Shown here: positions 41,472-55,704 of the stretch, piece by piece
Layout of the letters: each line of letters opens with the position of its first letter
Numbering within the stretch: position 1 is the first letter of the stretch
Origin: the human T2T-CHM13v2.0 reference genome, Homo sapiens
Strand: one strand, 5' to 3'
Length of the DNA: 64,000 bases
Assembly: GCF_009914755.1 (NCBI RefSeq)
Contig: NC_060947.1
Program-made: the position numbers and the translations under genes
The notes under the pieces: model-generated
The model's database searches: none
What the model saw: only the letters and a program-made list of their open reading frames with translations
Told to the model about the DNA's origin: nothing

Positions 41472-43170
41472 TAAAGGGTTCTTCTTACTACACTAGACTC
41501 TGGTTTAGATCTAAACTTACACCTAAGCTTAGTTGAATCTAACTGAGTTTCGTCTACATGCAAAGTAACTGTGCACTTTGGAGGTGGAAGATTATAATGG
41601 TCATGAAAACACTGTCTTTGCTGGCAAGCTGCTCACAATTTTCTGGAATGAATAAGAAAGGGACATATTTCTGACACAAATAAACTGCTTTGGGAGTTCA
41701 CAGGTAGGTATAATCACAACTAGGCAAGAGATCACAAAAACCTCATGAAGAAGGCAGCATTTTAAGATAGTGGCCTTGGAGGACAGGCAGGATTTCAACA
41801 GGTAAAGATGGGATAGAACAATTTAAGCAGAGAGAAAGTCAAAAACACAGGCAATGAAGATAGGAAAACACAGTGAATTCCTGCAAAAACTTCAGTTTGG
41901 TTATGTAGCTTAACAAAATAACTGAATTGGTTTTGATATTGCCCTTTATCACTCAGTGAAGATTCTCAGATTTTAAGGCTCTCCAATTTGGTTATCTGTG
42001 ATGCTTGTTAAAATGTAGATCCTTTGGCTCCACTCTTTGACAAATAAGATTCAGTTGTCCATCTGGGAATACACATTTTTAATAAGCACTCCAATTAGCC
42101 CTGGCGCCAAATTTTGAGAAACCCTGCCTAAGTAAAAGGAGAAGAATAAAAATAGACCCTGAGAGGTAAAAGCAGTGTAAGAATATGCAGCCTAACTTTT
42201 TTTTTTTTTCCAGTGGGTGGTAGGGGCAGGGAAGCGAATAGTAGCTAAAGGTCTTGTTAATTTCAGTACAGGTTGAATAGCCCGTGAGGTCCTCAATACC
42301 AATTGGTTTGCCCTATTCTCCACAATATGGAATGATCACAAGTTAAGAAATCTGAGAAAAGACAATATGACTGGTGATGTGAGACTGAGTGACAACCTTC
42401 CTGCTGTCTCCAAGTAATTAAAAGAGCACTTCTCAGAGCAGAGACACAGAATGCAGTCTGATTAAGAGGAAATTGCTTTCAGATCTCAGTAGAGAAATTT
42501 AGACTTAGCTAAGTAAAATAACTTCCTGGCAAAAAGGCAATGTTCACAATAACTGCATTGTCTGTCTACACATATGTGTTTCCTCTCTTCATGAAATTGA
42601 CCTTTGAGGGAACTCATAGAAGATGTTGAAGCTAAGATAAATTGGGAGCCTGGTTCAAAGTGACATCCAGGAGCGCCTCTCTTTGAAATTTATTTATTTA
42701 AAAAAAGTGATAGAATACTCAGTAGGGCAAAACTGGTGAATTTCCTAGGGGAACTAACCAGGCAAATACTTTTCAAAGCATTTTATTACTTTGAAGATTT
42801 TCAAAAGTAAAAATGAAGCCCTGAGATTTGCCTGTGTGCTGATCAGAATTAGGAAGAAATTGTTCTTTTCTCTTCTGTCCAGAACTTGGGATTGCTCATG
42901 TGTCATAATGGTACAATTGCCTTTGATATACGTGCACACAGCTGTTCAGTTTAACAACATTTGCAGTCACTTGCAGCACACTAGGTCTGCTTTTTCTGGG
43001 CTTAATAAAGTGTGCACCTAACCAGAACTGTAATATAAAGTTGAATTTTGAGCAAGTGGTTGCTTATTACCTGTGATGGGATGGTTTCTGGACAGGGCTT
43101 CACACCCCAGATGGCATCTCTACTTGCAATTAGTGTCTCAAAGACCACCATTAGAAATTAGGCAATTTAA

Positions 43171-43472
<302 letters not shown>

Positions 43473-44699
43473 AGGAATTAAGTAATTTGATAATCTAGTA
43501 TTTTTAATCTTTCATTTTATTTAGTTAAAACCCAGGTGCACATTTTGAAGGGAGAAAGTTTTAAGGTGCTATCAACTACCATCTTCATAGATAATGAAGC
43601 TTGCATATAGTAGGTCTCAGCAAAATGATACAGAAAGCCATTTCTAATATTCCTTTGAATGAGACTTCACCTGGACAAGCAACCAGAGACCTAATATTGC
43701 TGGAAAATACTTTTGAAACATAAGTACAACTAAGTAAAGCTTCAGATGTGGATGAACATATTCATATTCATAAATAAAAAACAATAACTTCCCATAAGAA
43801 CTCCATATGAAATAGTTTCTCACTTACATATGGCTGAAAAATTAGCATGCTGAATTCAGGCAATCAATTCCCTTTCTCTCTACTTTTTTCCTCGTACCAA
43901 GAAAGTAAGTACAATTGAGGAAATACAGTATGCTGAGGAAAAAAAAAATCTGCCCAAGGAGCTTGGCATTTCCTTCCAATAAGTGTCTCATTTAAAATTG
44001 GAGTCTGTTTCAGTCCCAGTTAAAATATGGATTTTTTCTTGTGAAAGGACAATCTCAAAGAAAAGTGGTATTATTTACAGTTGTGCTTCACTGTTTTTTA
44101 TAACACTATCTTTCTATGTCTTCCTTACCTGAGAAATCTCGGGTGTTTAATCTCTTCAATCCAAAGGCATATTATGAATCACTCATCAAGCCTTTTAAGT
44201 AAAGTGAGTATCATATCTTTGAATAAAACGTGCTGTTTCACTTACCATGAAATTGAAGTAAAATAATAATAATTTGTTCAGGGGCTCAATGACGCACACT
44301 TCAAACCACATGGATTTGATCATTCAAAGCAGGATGTTTCATAATTCCCATTTCATTTTTGTTCTTCCCACACATATCTTTAAAGTTAGTTAAGTCCTCC
44401 TAGATTTCAGCAGCCTTGAGGCAATTATCCAGGCCCCTAAGCTAAAATTTACTTACCTCAGAATAAAGGTCATAGACCCAGCTGAGTCAACTTTCTATGG
44501 ATTTTGATTCTCTGCTCTGGTGCTACATCTGTTGTCTCAGGTAACTAAGAGGTGACTAAATGACTCCTGTAAATGGGATTATTTAAAGAGAAGCTGGTTG
44601 TCCATTTATTTTTAGACATATAGGAATGATTTGGATCAAATGATGGTTCAAGGACAAATGCTGGGCTGGCTATTTCAAAACCAAATGGAGAGCTTTGAA

Positions 44700-44995
44700 A
44701 AGATACAAATTGCATACTGTACCCCATGAATACTCAATCAGAATCTCTGGAGGAAACACCCAGAAGCTTGTATTTTAATTTTTAACCTTCCCCAGATGAT
44801 TCAGACAATCAGTAATGTTAGTGAAGCAGTAGTCCAAACCATAGCTTCTCAAATGTTAATACGCAGAAGAATCATCTGAGTTCATTGTTAAAACGCAGAT
44901 CTTGATGCATCAGGTCCAGGGTGACGCCTGAGATTTTGAATTTGTAACAAGCTCCCAAGCGTCATTCGTTCATGAATTTTGAGTAACAAGGGGCT
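44700..44995. mobile_element. MER5-type hAT-Charlie fragments
   Basis: aatcagaatctctgg...cccagatgattc; agcttctcaaa...gaatcatctgag...tttgagtaacaagg. Confidence 0.55.
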
Positions 44996-45185
44996 AGATT
45001 ACTTCTCATGTTCTTTCAAGCTATGTTTTTCTGTGATTATAAAGTGCCTTGTAGAAACTGCAGCATATACCCTTCCCTTACTTAAGAATTTTTTCATTCA
45101 AACTAGAATATTTTTCTGAACACAGGCTTTTTTTTTTTTCAAAGCTGGGCCAGGAAATAATTGACTTATTTTCTTTTGCTTGCAG

Positions 45186-48100
45186 CTCTGCCTTTGTTTC
45201 CTACTTTTTAGCTTTTGACCTATAGCTGAAAAAGTCCCAGAAAGCTGATCTTTCCAAGTTAATCATCCCTGAAGAGTGGCGGACTCATTGTGCACTAAAG
45301 CAATCCTTTCTTCTATGTGAGCCAAAAAAAGAAAAACGGCCTGCCAGACACCTGTAAAGAGAAGGCTATCGTCATATAGGAATTTGAGGAACTGCTATAT
45401 GGTACATTCCTTTTCCAAATGGGAGAGAATAAGCTCTCATGATGTCCCAGAGGGCCTTAAAATAAACAAGAGGGGAAATTGTAACAGCTTGTCATCTGTG
45501 CTTGTACACTAGACTTCCATGTAGTTACTATAGAGAAATCTAAATCAAAAATGCAGATCATTCTTTGAAAAATCCCCAAATCATACGTAGAGACTCAGAC
45601 AGATGTGGTAAAAAGAGGAAGGTTATTTTATACTTCGTATCTCCAACCCACTGGCAATCAATCTTTTGGAAGGAACAGCAGTTGATTGTGAATTTAGTTT
45701 TGAACCATCATTAGGCAAAGATAGCTTCTCTAGAGAGAATCATGCCTGCTAATTACACGTGTACCAGGCCAGATGGAGACAATACAGATTTTCGATACTT
45801 TATTTATGCAGTGACATACACTGTCATTCTTGTGCCAGGTCTCATAGGGAATATATTAGCCCTGTGGGTATTCTATGGTTATATGAAAGAAACAAAACGA
45901 GCTGTGATATTTATGATAAACTTAGCCATTGCTGACTTACTACAAGTTCTTTCCTTGCCACTGAGGATCTTCTACTACTTGAATCATGACTGGCCATTTG
46001 GGCCTGGTCTCTGCATGTTCTGTTTCTACCTGAAGTATGTCAACATGTATGCAAGCATCTACTTCTTGGTCTGCATCAGTGTGCGACGATTTTGGTTTCT
46101 CATGTACCCCTTTCGCTTCCATGACTGCAAACAGAAATATGACCTGTACATCAGCATTGCTGGCTGGCTGATCATCTGCCTTGCCTGTGTACTCTTTCCA
46201 CTCCTCAGAACCAGTGATGATACCCCTGGCAATAGGACCAAATGCTTTGTGGATCTTCCTACCAGGAATGTCAACCTGGCCCAGTCCGTTGTTATGATGA
46301 CCATTGGCGAGTTGATTGGGTTTGTAACTCCGCTTCTGATTGTCCTATATTGTACCTGGAAGACGGTTTTATCACTGCAAGATAAATATCCCATGGCCCA
46401 AGATCTTGGAGAGAAACAGAAAGCCTTGAAGATGATTCTAACCTGTGCAGGGGTATTCCTAATTTGCTTTGCACCTTATCATTTCAGTTTTCCTTTAGAT
46501 TTCCTGGTGAAGTCCAATGAAATTAAAAGCTGCCTAGCCAGAAGGGTGATTCTAATATTTCATTCTGTGGCATTGTGTCTTGCTAGTCTGAATTCATGTC
46601 TTGACCCAGTCATATACTACTTTTCCACTAATGAGTTCCGAAGACGGCTTTCAAGACAAGATTTGCATGACAGCATCCAACTCCATGCAAAATCCTTTGT
46701 GAGTAACCATACAGCTTCCACCATGACACCTGAATTATGCTAAAACAAAAAACCAAACTGAATGTGACCTGAAATGCAAGTACATCAGAACATATCTGCA
46801 ATACCCAAGCCACAGGGAAGAACTTGCAAAACAACACAGCTTTTCAGTTCTGCTCTATCTTACTGCTATGGGGAATTCACTTCTTCAAAGCAGGACCTAT
46901 TTGGAGCATTACGATCCACGATTATTGATGTTGACATGTCCATGTAGTAATTTTTCTTCAAGTCTGTAAATCTTAAAATATCAAATTTCTGTGACATCCT
47001 ATAAACATATGCACTCAACTGTAGTCAGTACTTTTACCTGTGAACCTCAGGCACAAAAAGATTATTAGCTTGGAGTCACCATAAACATTTAGTTTTGTTG
47101 CAACAGATACTGAGTCTTTATGTTCAGAGGAAATGTAAGTGTCTTTTTATATTAGTAATCACAGTTTACATGCCATTTTCATATGTTTGGTTATATTTTA
47201 GTGGGATAGATGATATATTACCCTGTGTAAAGAAAATGTAAACATAAGATCATTTTTATCTCTCAAGTGTGATTACTCTTCAGAGTTTGAAGATTAAAAT
47301 AGCTATTTTCTTCATTTTTGTGTCAACATGAAACATCATTTGTCACACCTGTTCACAGAATGAAAATCTGAACTCAGGCCTCTGGCATATTTAAACTAAG
47401 AACAATATACATATTTACATACGACAACCCTCTGTGACTGGAAAAGATGCCGTGTTGCATCTACCTAGGACAGGTAGTTTGTCAAAGTCCATACAAGGTG
47501 ACTCAATTGGGCTCTAGGCCTAGGAGAAAGCAGAAAGGTGACAATCACAATTCTGCTCTCTTACACTTTTTCTAAAGAACACTTCTGGAGATGTATGGAC
47601 CCGCCTAGTAGAGGAAGTTTTTATCATGTTTCTAGAGATACATTGAGGTAATGTTGACAGGTTCCTGCACTTTCTGAGCCTGTGGAAGAAGTAGTGCACT
47701 AATGAATCATTAAACCTGGGCCAGAGTGAAAAGATGAAGCAAAGTTGGGTAATCTTTTTAAAATTCTCATCACATTGTATTTCTTACTCTAATACAAGGA
47801 CACTTACTTAGCTTAGACTGCCAAGTTACTTACACAAGCCAGAGTAAGTCTCTCTGCCCCATCATTGCATACATATTACAGTCAGTCACATGGACCCTAG
47901 AATCCACATTGATTTTTTTTGGTCTAGCTTTGCCCCAGACATACCATTCTAAAGCCTACAAAGCCTAGCTCTTAGCAGCTGGGGAAGGCAATTATTTCAC
48001 CTCTTGAAAAATGCATAGAAGATTAATTTGGTCAGCCTTTGGCAACCAATGGCCAATGACTTGCCTACTACCTGTTTGGTACTATTGTGTGGGAAACAGA

Positions 48101-50048
48101 CCCAGGATATTAGTCGTAATTAAACCTTAGGTTGTAAGTATTAGAATATTTTGAAACATGTTTTAGCAAAAAGCTCTAACTTTAAGAAAGTTCTACTTAA
48201 AATCTGTGTGCTATATAATGAAGATACCTTCTACGTCTCACAGAAGGAATGTAGAACCCAATCAAAGGCTTTATCATATTTAGAGGAAAGGGGTTGTTTT
48301 AGGCATACAGTTATGATACTAATACATTAGGGGAAAACTGGTGACATCAAAATGAATTCTAATATCTAGACTGATGGAAAGTTTTCTAAAGTTTTCTTTG
48401 GACAAGTGTTGATTTTACACATATGTTGTTATTAAGATAATACCCTATTAGAAAACTGACTTTGTGCTGCTAGCAAGTGTATCTATGTGTCTCCTAACTA
48501 ATCATTGTAAGGTATATGTTTTGATGTGTTAAATAAGTTTTCAATAAGTGTTAAACTGTATTTTAAATAGGGCATCTATAACTGTGTCTTGTCTCTTTGC
48601 TTTAAAGTGTCTTTTGTTTGACTATAATTTAGTGTTGCAATAGGATTGCAAGTAATAATTTTGTGGAATTGTGAAATAACTGTGGGTACTTTTAATGTGA
48701 GAGTCTTATCTATAGTATTTGTGCTTAGTATTTTCTAGATTAGCATGAATTACACTTCCTAAGGTCACTTTGGAAGATGATTGATTTGATTTAATTAACA
48801 TATTGATTTCACTTTGACTATATTTTTCTTAAAGAGGAAGGGAAATATTTTCAGGAGATGTTTGACCTTCTTAGATGAATGGTTGAGGGTAGGGCCCATT
48901 TGTTAGGCAGCCCATTTACATCATTCCAAAAAAGGACCAGTATTCAGTGTTATGCTGCTTAGCTGAGGACACCCTTTTTCCCCAGGCCTGCCCATCTACG
49001 TTTGTATTCAGTGCTCTGATTTACTTTATTCACCCCTTATCCCATCAATATGTTTTGTCTTCTGCTTGATTCCCTTGCTCTCCCAGGCAGCAACCTGATC
49101 AATTCATTCACACCATGGTGCTAATAGCTAATGTTAGGTTCATATTAATTTACCCAGGAATATCTGAATTCCAGGCTTTAGGACTAGGCATTAAACCAAA
49201 GTGGTGACTTTCAATGGAGGGCTAATACATACTGAAGCAGACAGACTGGAGGGAAAGAAATTTTGGATAAAGTGGGTCCCACAGCACTGCCTTTCATATT
49301 GCATACAGTAAGCAAACACCTACTTTGGTTACCATAATGGGAATGCTGACTTTTAAGAAATTAAGAAATGTATCCATGAACATGGCTATCAGTTTCTCAG
49401 ATGTCTGCTCACCTTCTTTTCATTTTGCCTCTCTCCTTTCCTACGTTGGGCCTGATTTTCAGGGGAAAGTCTAAACTAGTAGCTTACTAATTTAGGAGTA
49501 CTGGTGCAGCTACGATCCAGACAGCAGCCTGTTCTCTGAGCTTCTCCATTCCATGGCTTATCCAGACTTCTCATTTATCACTCTCTGGGTTCTATGAAAT
49601 TGTGGTGCAAAGAGTAAACACCCTCAACCATAGTAATGTATACTTCAAGATAAATAATTCCACATTTCCTATATAAAGTTGTTGAATTTTGATTCAAAAA
49701 TGCGTAAGTATTCCAATAAGAAAAACTTTGTATGTAGTGATTTCTATGTAAAAATATTGTTATTATTATTATATTCAAATGGTTTATATGTTTTCATTGT
49801 CACTCAGTTAAGCAGCCAATTCTGTTAGCTGGTAATTCCACAAAGAGAAGCCATCTGCCCCAGGAGCAACAGACCAAGCTGCCTTGGTCTGAGAGGGTGC
49901 ATCTGTGGAACTCTTGCGCAACTTACATTTTATGTCACCTTTTGATTTTACTCCCAAGATACTGTGAAAATGTTGCACTTGGAATTTATTTATGGCTATA
50001 ACTTATAATATTCATTTTAATAATAAAGATTGTCTTTGTAATTACATA
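45186..50048 (+). other. GPR174: GPR174 terminal exon 3 (556-nt 5'UTR part, CDS, ~3.3-kb 3'UTR)
   Basis: Acceptor ttgacttattttcttttgcttgCAG|C ending 45185, exactly 556 nt before the ATG; AATAAA at 50022-50027. Confidence 0.75.
45742..46743 (+). CDS. GPR174: G protein-coupled receptor 174 (LysoPS receptor LPS3; P2Y10-like class A GPCR), 333 aa, intronless CDS
   Basis: 333-aa ORF with seven hydrophobic segments. Class A motifs: GN (TM1), NLAIADL (TM2), WPFG..C91, RRF at the DRY position, W142 (TM4), CFAPYH (TM6), DPVIY (TM7). The N-terminus MPANYTCTRPDGDNTDFRY is recognised as human GPR174. Sequons at N4 and N164. Confidence 0.98.
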   Translation: MPANYTCTRPDGDNTDFRYFIYAVTYTVILVPGLIGNILALWVFYGYMKETKRAVIFMINLAIADLLQVLSLPLRIFYYLNHDWPFGPGLCMFCFYLKYVNMYASIYFLVCISVRRFWFLMYPFRFHDCKQKYDLYISIAGWLIICLACVLFPLLRTSDDTPGNRTKCFVDLPTRNVNLAQSVVMMTIGELIGFVTPLLIVLYCTWKTVLSLQDKYPMAQDLGEKQKALKMILTCAGVFLICFAPYHFSFPLDFLVKSNEIKSCLARRVILIFHSVALCLASLNSCLDPVIYYFSTNEFRRRLSRQDLHDSIQLHAKSFVSNHTASTMTPELC

Positions 50049-50050
50049 GA
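50022..50050 (+). terminator. GPR174: Polyadenylation signal and probable cleavage region of GPR174
   Basis: Canonical AATAAA 50022-50027, the first I found downstream of the stop codon; U-rich/ATTTA upstream context; CA at 50045-50046. Confidence 0.7.
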
Positions 50051-52564
50051 AATTTTCTGCCTCCAGAAGTCAATGTGTACTTAGTCACTTCTTTCAACAC
50101 ACCGATAGACTTGATGATCTTTTTTAGTGTTCTCACATGCATGGATAAAAGTCCCCTAAGACTCTATTCTCACTTTTTCTCTCTTTGAGAGGTGCAGTCT
50201 ATTCTCGAAAGGAAAGACAAACCACACCCCCAAATTTACCCCACTCTTGCCACTCACTCTGTCCATAGATAGACGTTTTACTATTCATATTCTGCTAAAA
50301 ATTATTCCCCATCTTCACTGTGGACCAAGTTTATTAGAACTACTTAAAGCTCTATATTTGTAATGATGGAACAGAGAGAATCTTTTCTTCTTAGTCTTAA
50401 GGGTTGTTAAGATGTGGCAGTCTGATTTTTTCTCTGGATTGTCAGGGGAAAATAAAAACTCATCTTCTACTGTCCCCCTCTGCTCTTCTCAAAACAGATC
50501 CACTTAAATAAAAAAAAAAGGGTGAAGTCAGGAAAATTGTCTCTGACCCTTTCCTCAGCCTGGCTCTCTTTCTTCTATTTCAGTAACTCCCTCATCATCT
50601 TACCTATATCCCTAGCACTTTCAGGACCCCAAATATCTTCTATAATAACCAAATTTTTAGGAATTATACATTTTGGCTGTTGCAAAAATATTTTCCTAGG
50701 AAGTGGTGAAGGGTTTCCCAAGGAAGAATTTTTGATGCTTTGGTAAACCTAAATAAAATAATGGGATATAGATACCAGACATGCCCTATGCTTCAAATGC
50801 CCTCGCGTTTTATAGAGACCTGTTCTGTGCCCTCCTAAAGTCCGTCCAGAAACAACTTCACTGTCTTTACCACCATATTTTGATGGAGTGGTGGAGGTAA
50901 GGGAGGAGGGAGTGAGAGATAAACTCTCAAGCAAATGTGGCTATTTTCACTTGCTTATTTCTTGGTTATTAAAGGATGTGGTATGGGGAGGGGGAGAGCA
51001 AATTGTAATTTTACTGAACTTCACAGACCATTTCCTCTTCTTCAGAACTTATTCAGCCTTAACCACTACTTGATTTTGCCAAATAACTCAAGTAATAGAA
51101 ATATGCCAATACTCTATTTTTTCTATTGTTTGGGGAATAATTATCTTCATCCTACTTCTTACTGCAATGCATATCTTCAGATTCAGCTACAGGCATAGCC
51201 CTATTCAAAGCCTTCCATTTGCCTTCTTGTATCTCTTCAAAGAATAATAGAACAACTGCTCCACAGGGATAGCTGTCATTAGGCCTGCCCTTCTGACTCC
51301 AGCATTTACTTTTATTGCAGGAGCTCTTGAAGTTTGATTCTGGCCCATAATAGTGAGATTTTTCGGACTTTTCTAAACAATGTTGAGTATCTACAACTTG
51401 TAAGAAGACTTGTAGCATTCCTAATAAGAGGACAAAAATAAACAAAAAGAGTTTGAAGAAATGATGGTTCAAGTTATGGTATTGGCGTAGAAGCATAGAG
51501 GAAGTAGTCATACTATAAATTACCCACATTGTCTTTGCATAAAGTAAAACCCATAATAACAGCTTAAAAATGTTCTGAAATCACATTACTGCCCTCTGTC
51601 ATTAAACGAGTTTAACTTTTTTACTAAAATATATATAAGGAGATAATACTATGAAAAAAGTAATTCGGTAAACTTTTTACTATGAAAAACATCAAACATA
51701 TTCAAAAGAAGAGCAATAAATAAAATGAACACCCATTATTGAAATTCAAACAATATCAACACATGGCCCAGTCTTTTTTCTTCTATGTCTGCATCCAATC
51801 TCCTGCTCCAGATTATATTAAAGTGCATTTCCCTTACATAATTTAATCTATGAATACTGTAGTAAATCACAGTACCATTTAAATGAACTGTTTAATGTAT
51901 GATCAAAAGGTGCCGAGGAATAAAAACTGATTTTAGATGTATTCAGTAAAGACATCAAACGCTAAATCCCAAAAAGTAGAAGAATTTCTCTTTGATTAAT
52001 CTGAACAAGTTTAAACTCAGAAAACAACATTTACTAACCTGAGTCTGTTTTTCTTTAGGTAAGTGTTTCTTCTGCTGCAGAAATGTAATGAAGACTAATG
52101 TTGAATTCAGTTCAGGGTCTCCTTGGTCCAAATTATGGCTCCCATGAGAAGGAGTCCAGTACACTCAGCTCCACTGAATATAAAAATACCAATGTTAACA
52201 GATTACATTTCCATATTGTAGTCAAAATGGTCCACTAAACAATACTCATAAAGTAGTATTAGAATGCATCTATGTAAATGTACACTCTGCAATATTTCTG
52301 AAGCTTATGCCATAGTTATCTGTACTCTGTGAACACTGCTCATACATAGGTGGGTAGACTTCTGTAAAGTTTCCCTCAAGCATTACACATTTTCTGCCTT
52401 TCAATTTCTTCTGACAAGAATAGATTAGTTAGGCTATGGGTTCAACTGTGGTTAACAGAAATGTAGCTTAAACTACAAACAAATCTATTTCTCTTTTATG
52501 GAAAAGTTCTAGCATGGTAGCTTTTGTCTGCGAGATGTTTTAGACCTAGATTTCTGTATTGTAA

Positions 52565-54122
<1,558 letters not shown>

Positions 54123-54460
54123 TGGGAGGTCCTTATGCAGAAATGGCTCTAGTGTCTTGGGCTTCTACATAAGCAAAGTGAAGCCCAATGTAACAGCAAA
54201 ATGAAGCTTAAACTTAACCAATCAGAAACTGCCAAAACCCTTTAACTAGGGACTTTCAACCCAAATAAAGCAAATTCCTATCTGTAGCCAATCAAGTGAT
54301 TTCTTTACTTTGCTTCCACATTCAAACTATAAAAGCCTGCTACTCACACTACTAAAGCAAAGCTCACTAAACCTCTTCTGTTTCTGAGTGCTGCCCAATT
54401 CACAAATTGCTCTTTGCTCAAACTCTGATAAATTTAATTTGTGTAAAGTTTTCTTTTAAT
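54123..54460 (+). mobile_element. ERV1 MER4-group solo LTR (MER93-like)
   Basis: Two CCAATC boxes, TATAAAA, and terminus aaactctgataaatttaatttgtgtaaagttttcttttaa. Confidence 0.6.
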
Positions 54461-54665
54461 CATATCTTATCACACTTATATTGTAGCTAGTATGACTGAG
54501 AAATGGGGAAAAGGAGGCATGCCTCTTCCCTTTAAGTGGATGACTAGAAATTGTGAATATTCTTTCTGCTTGCAAACCACTGGCTAAAAATCAGCTATGT
54601 AGCCCTGCCAAGCTGCAAGGGAGGTTAGAAATTATAGTCATTATTCAGGTGGCCATATGCTATTT
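54461..54665 (-). mobile_element. Old MLT1 LTR fragment (other part probably at ~52425-52550)
   Basis: ccactggctaaaaatcagctatgtagccctgccaagctgcaagggagg...ggtggccatatgc. Confidence 0.55.
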
Positions 54666-55704
54666 GATATTACTTTATTATGGACGAAATGAAAAATAAA
54701 TATGGGGACACAGTGTGTCCCTATCATTCTAGGGATATCAAAGGCACCAGCAATGTCATCTGCCCTAAAGATGCCATCTAAACTTCAAAACCCAGTAGAC
54801 CTTTGTATGTTCATTCCATTTTTTAAAACCACCACTTTCCCTAATAAAACCACATCTTTTCTTCCCCGTTGGGGTTATCCAAACCCTCCAATATCACCTA
54901 TACCTACAGCAAAAAAAGCAGTAGCCTCTAGAAAATGTGATAATAGTGGTGCCCTGGCAGTGTATGAACAAGGTTTAATATCAGCAAGCTGGGAAATCAA
55001 AGAGGAGGATATGTGGAATGACTATTTATCAGTGTCTCACCAATGCTTTCTTTGCTCTGTTCCTAGAGAGGAAGCAACACTCCCTTTCTAACCTCCCATG
55101 TATGAATCAACTCAGATATATAGCATAGCATTGCCCCCAAACTTAATTACTCAAAGGAATTAAAATCACTTCAAAAGTGTTTTGCAGTAACTGTTCCCTC
55201 TGCCTAGAATGTTCTTCCAATAGCTGTCTTGTATCTTCCTTCAGTTTTAAAAGTCCTTCAGTTCTCAAAGTGGCACCCTAGCTAAAGAGTTCCCCACCCC
55301 AGAGACACAAGTTTATTTCTAATATGTTACCTTGAATTTTTCCCTCATGACTCCTAATTTGTAATTATTTTTAAAATTTGTTTCTTGTATGTCTGCCCCA
55401 CTTGAATATTTGATTTGTTCATTTTGTGTCTGCAATGCCTAGCTCACTACCTGCAACACAGTAAATACGCAAAAAATGTATGTTGAATGCATACATATAT
55501 AATAAATCTAAATAAGTAGAAATCTGTTATCCAGCACTCTTCATATGGAATGCTATATCAATTGATAGTTTATGGTTCATAGCATACAATAACAGTTCAG
55601 ATTCATGGTGTTAACCCAAGGTCTTACAAAATTTTCAGGTACCATCCAATCCATATCTAAGAGGAAATATGTTCAACTTTTTTGTGTCATATGTACCTCC
55701 TTGT

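Noticed and set aside
41506-41550. Short palindromes GTTTAGATCTAAAC and CTAAGCTTAG; similar small inverted repeat at ~56678-56727
   Set aside because: Too short to distinguish from chance in 64 kb of AT-rich sequence.
45940-46837. Antisense ORFs overlapping GPR174
   Set aside because: Short shadow ORFs of the coding strand with no recognisable homology.
51152-51529. 125-aa minus-strand ORF (also 54702-55091, 11108-11476, 60398-60742)
   Set aside because: No recognisable domain, pseudogene tail or TSD; lengths are compatible with chance. A BLASTP search was not possible.
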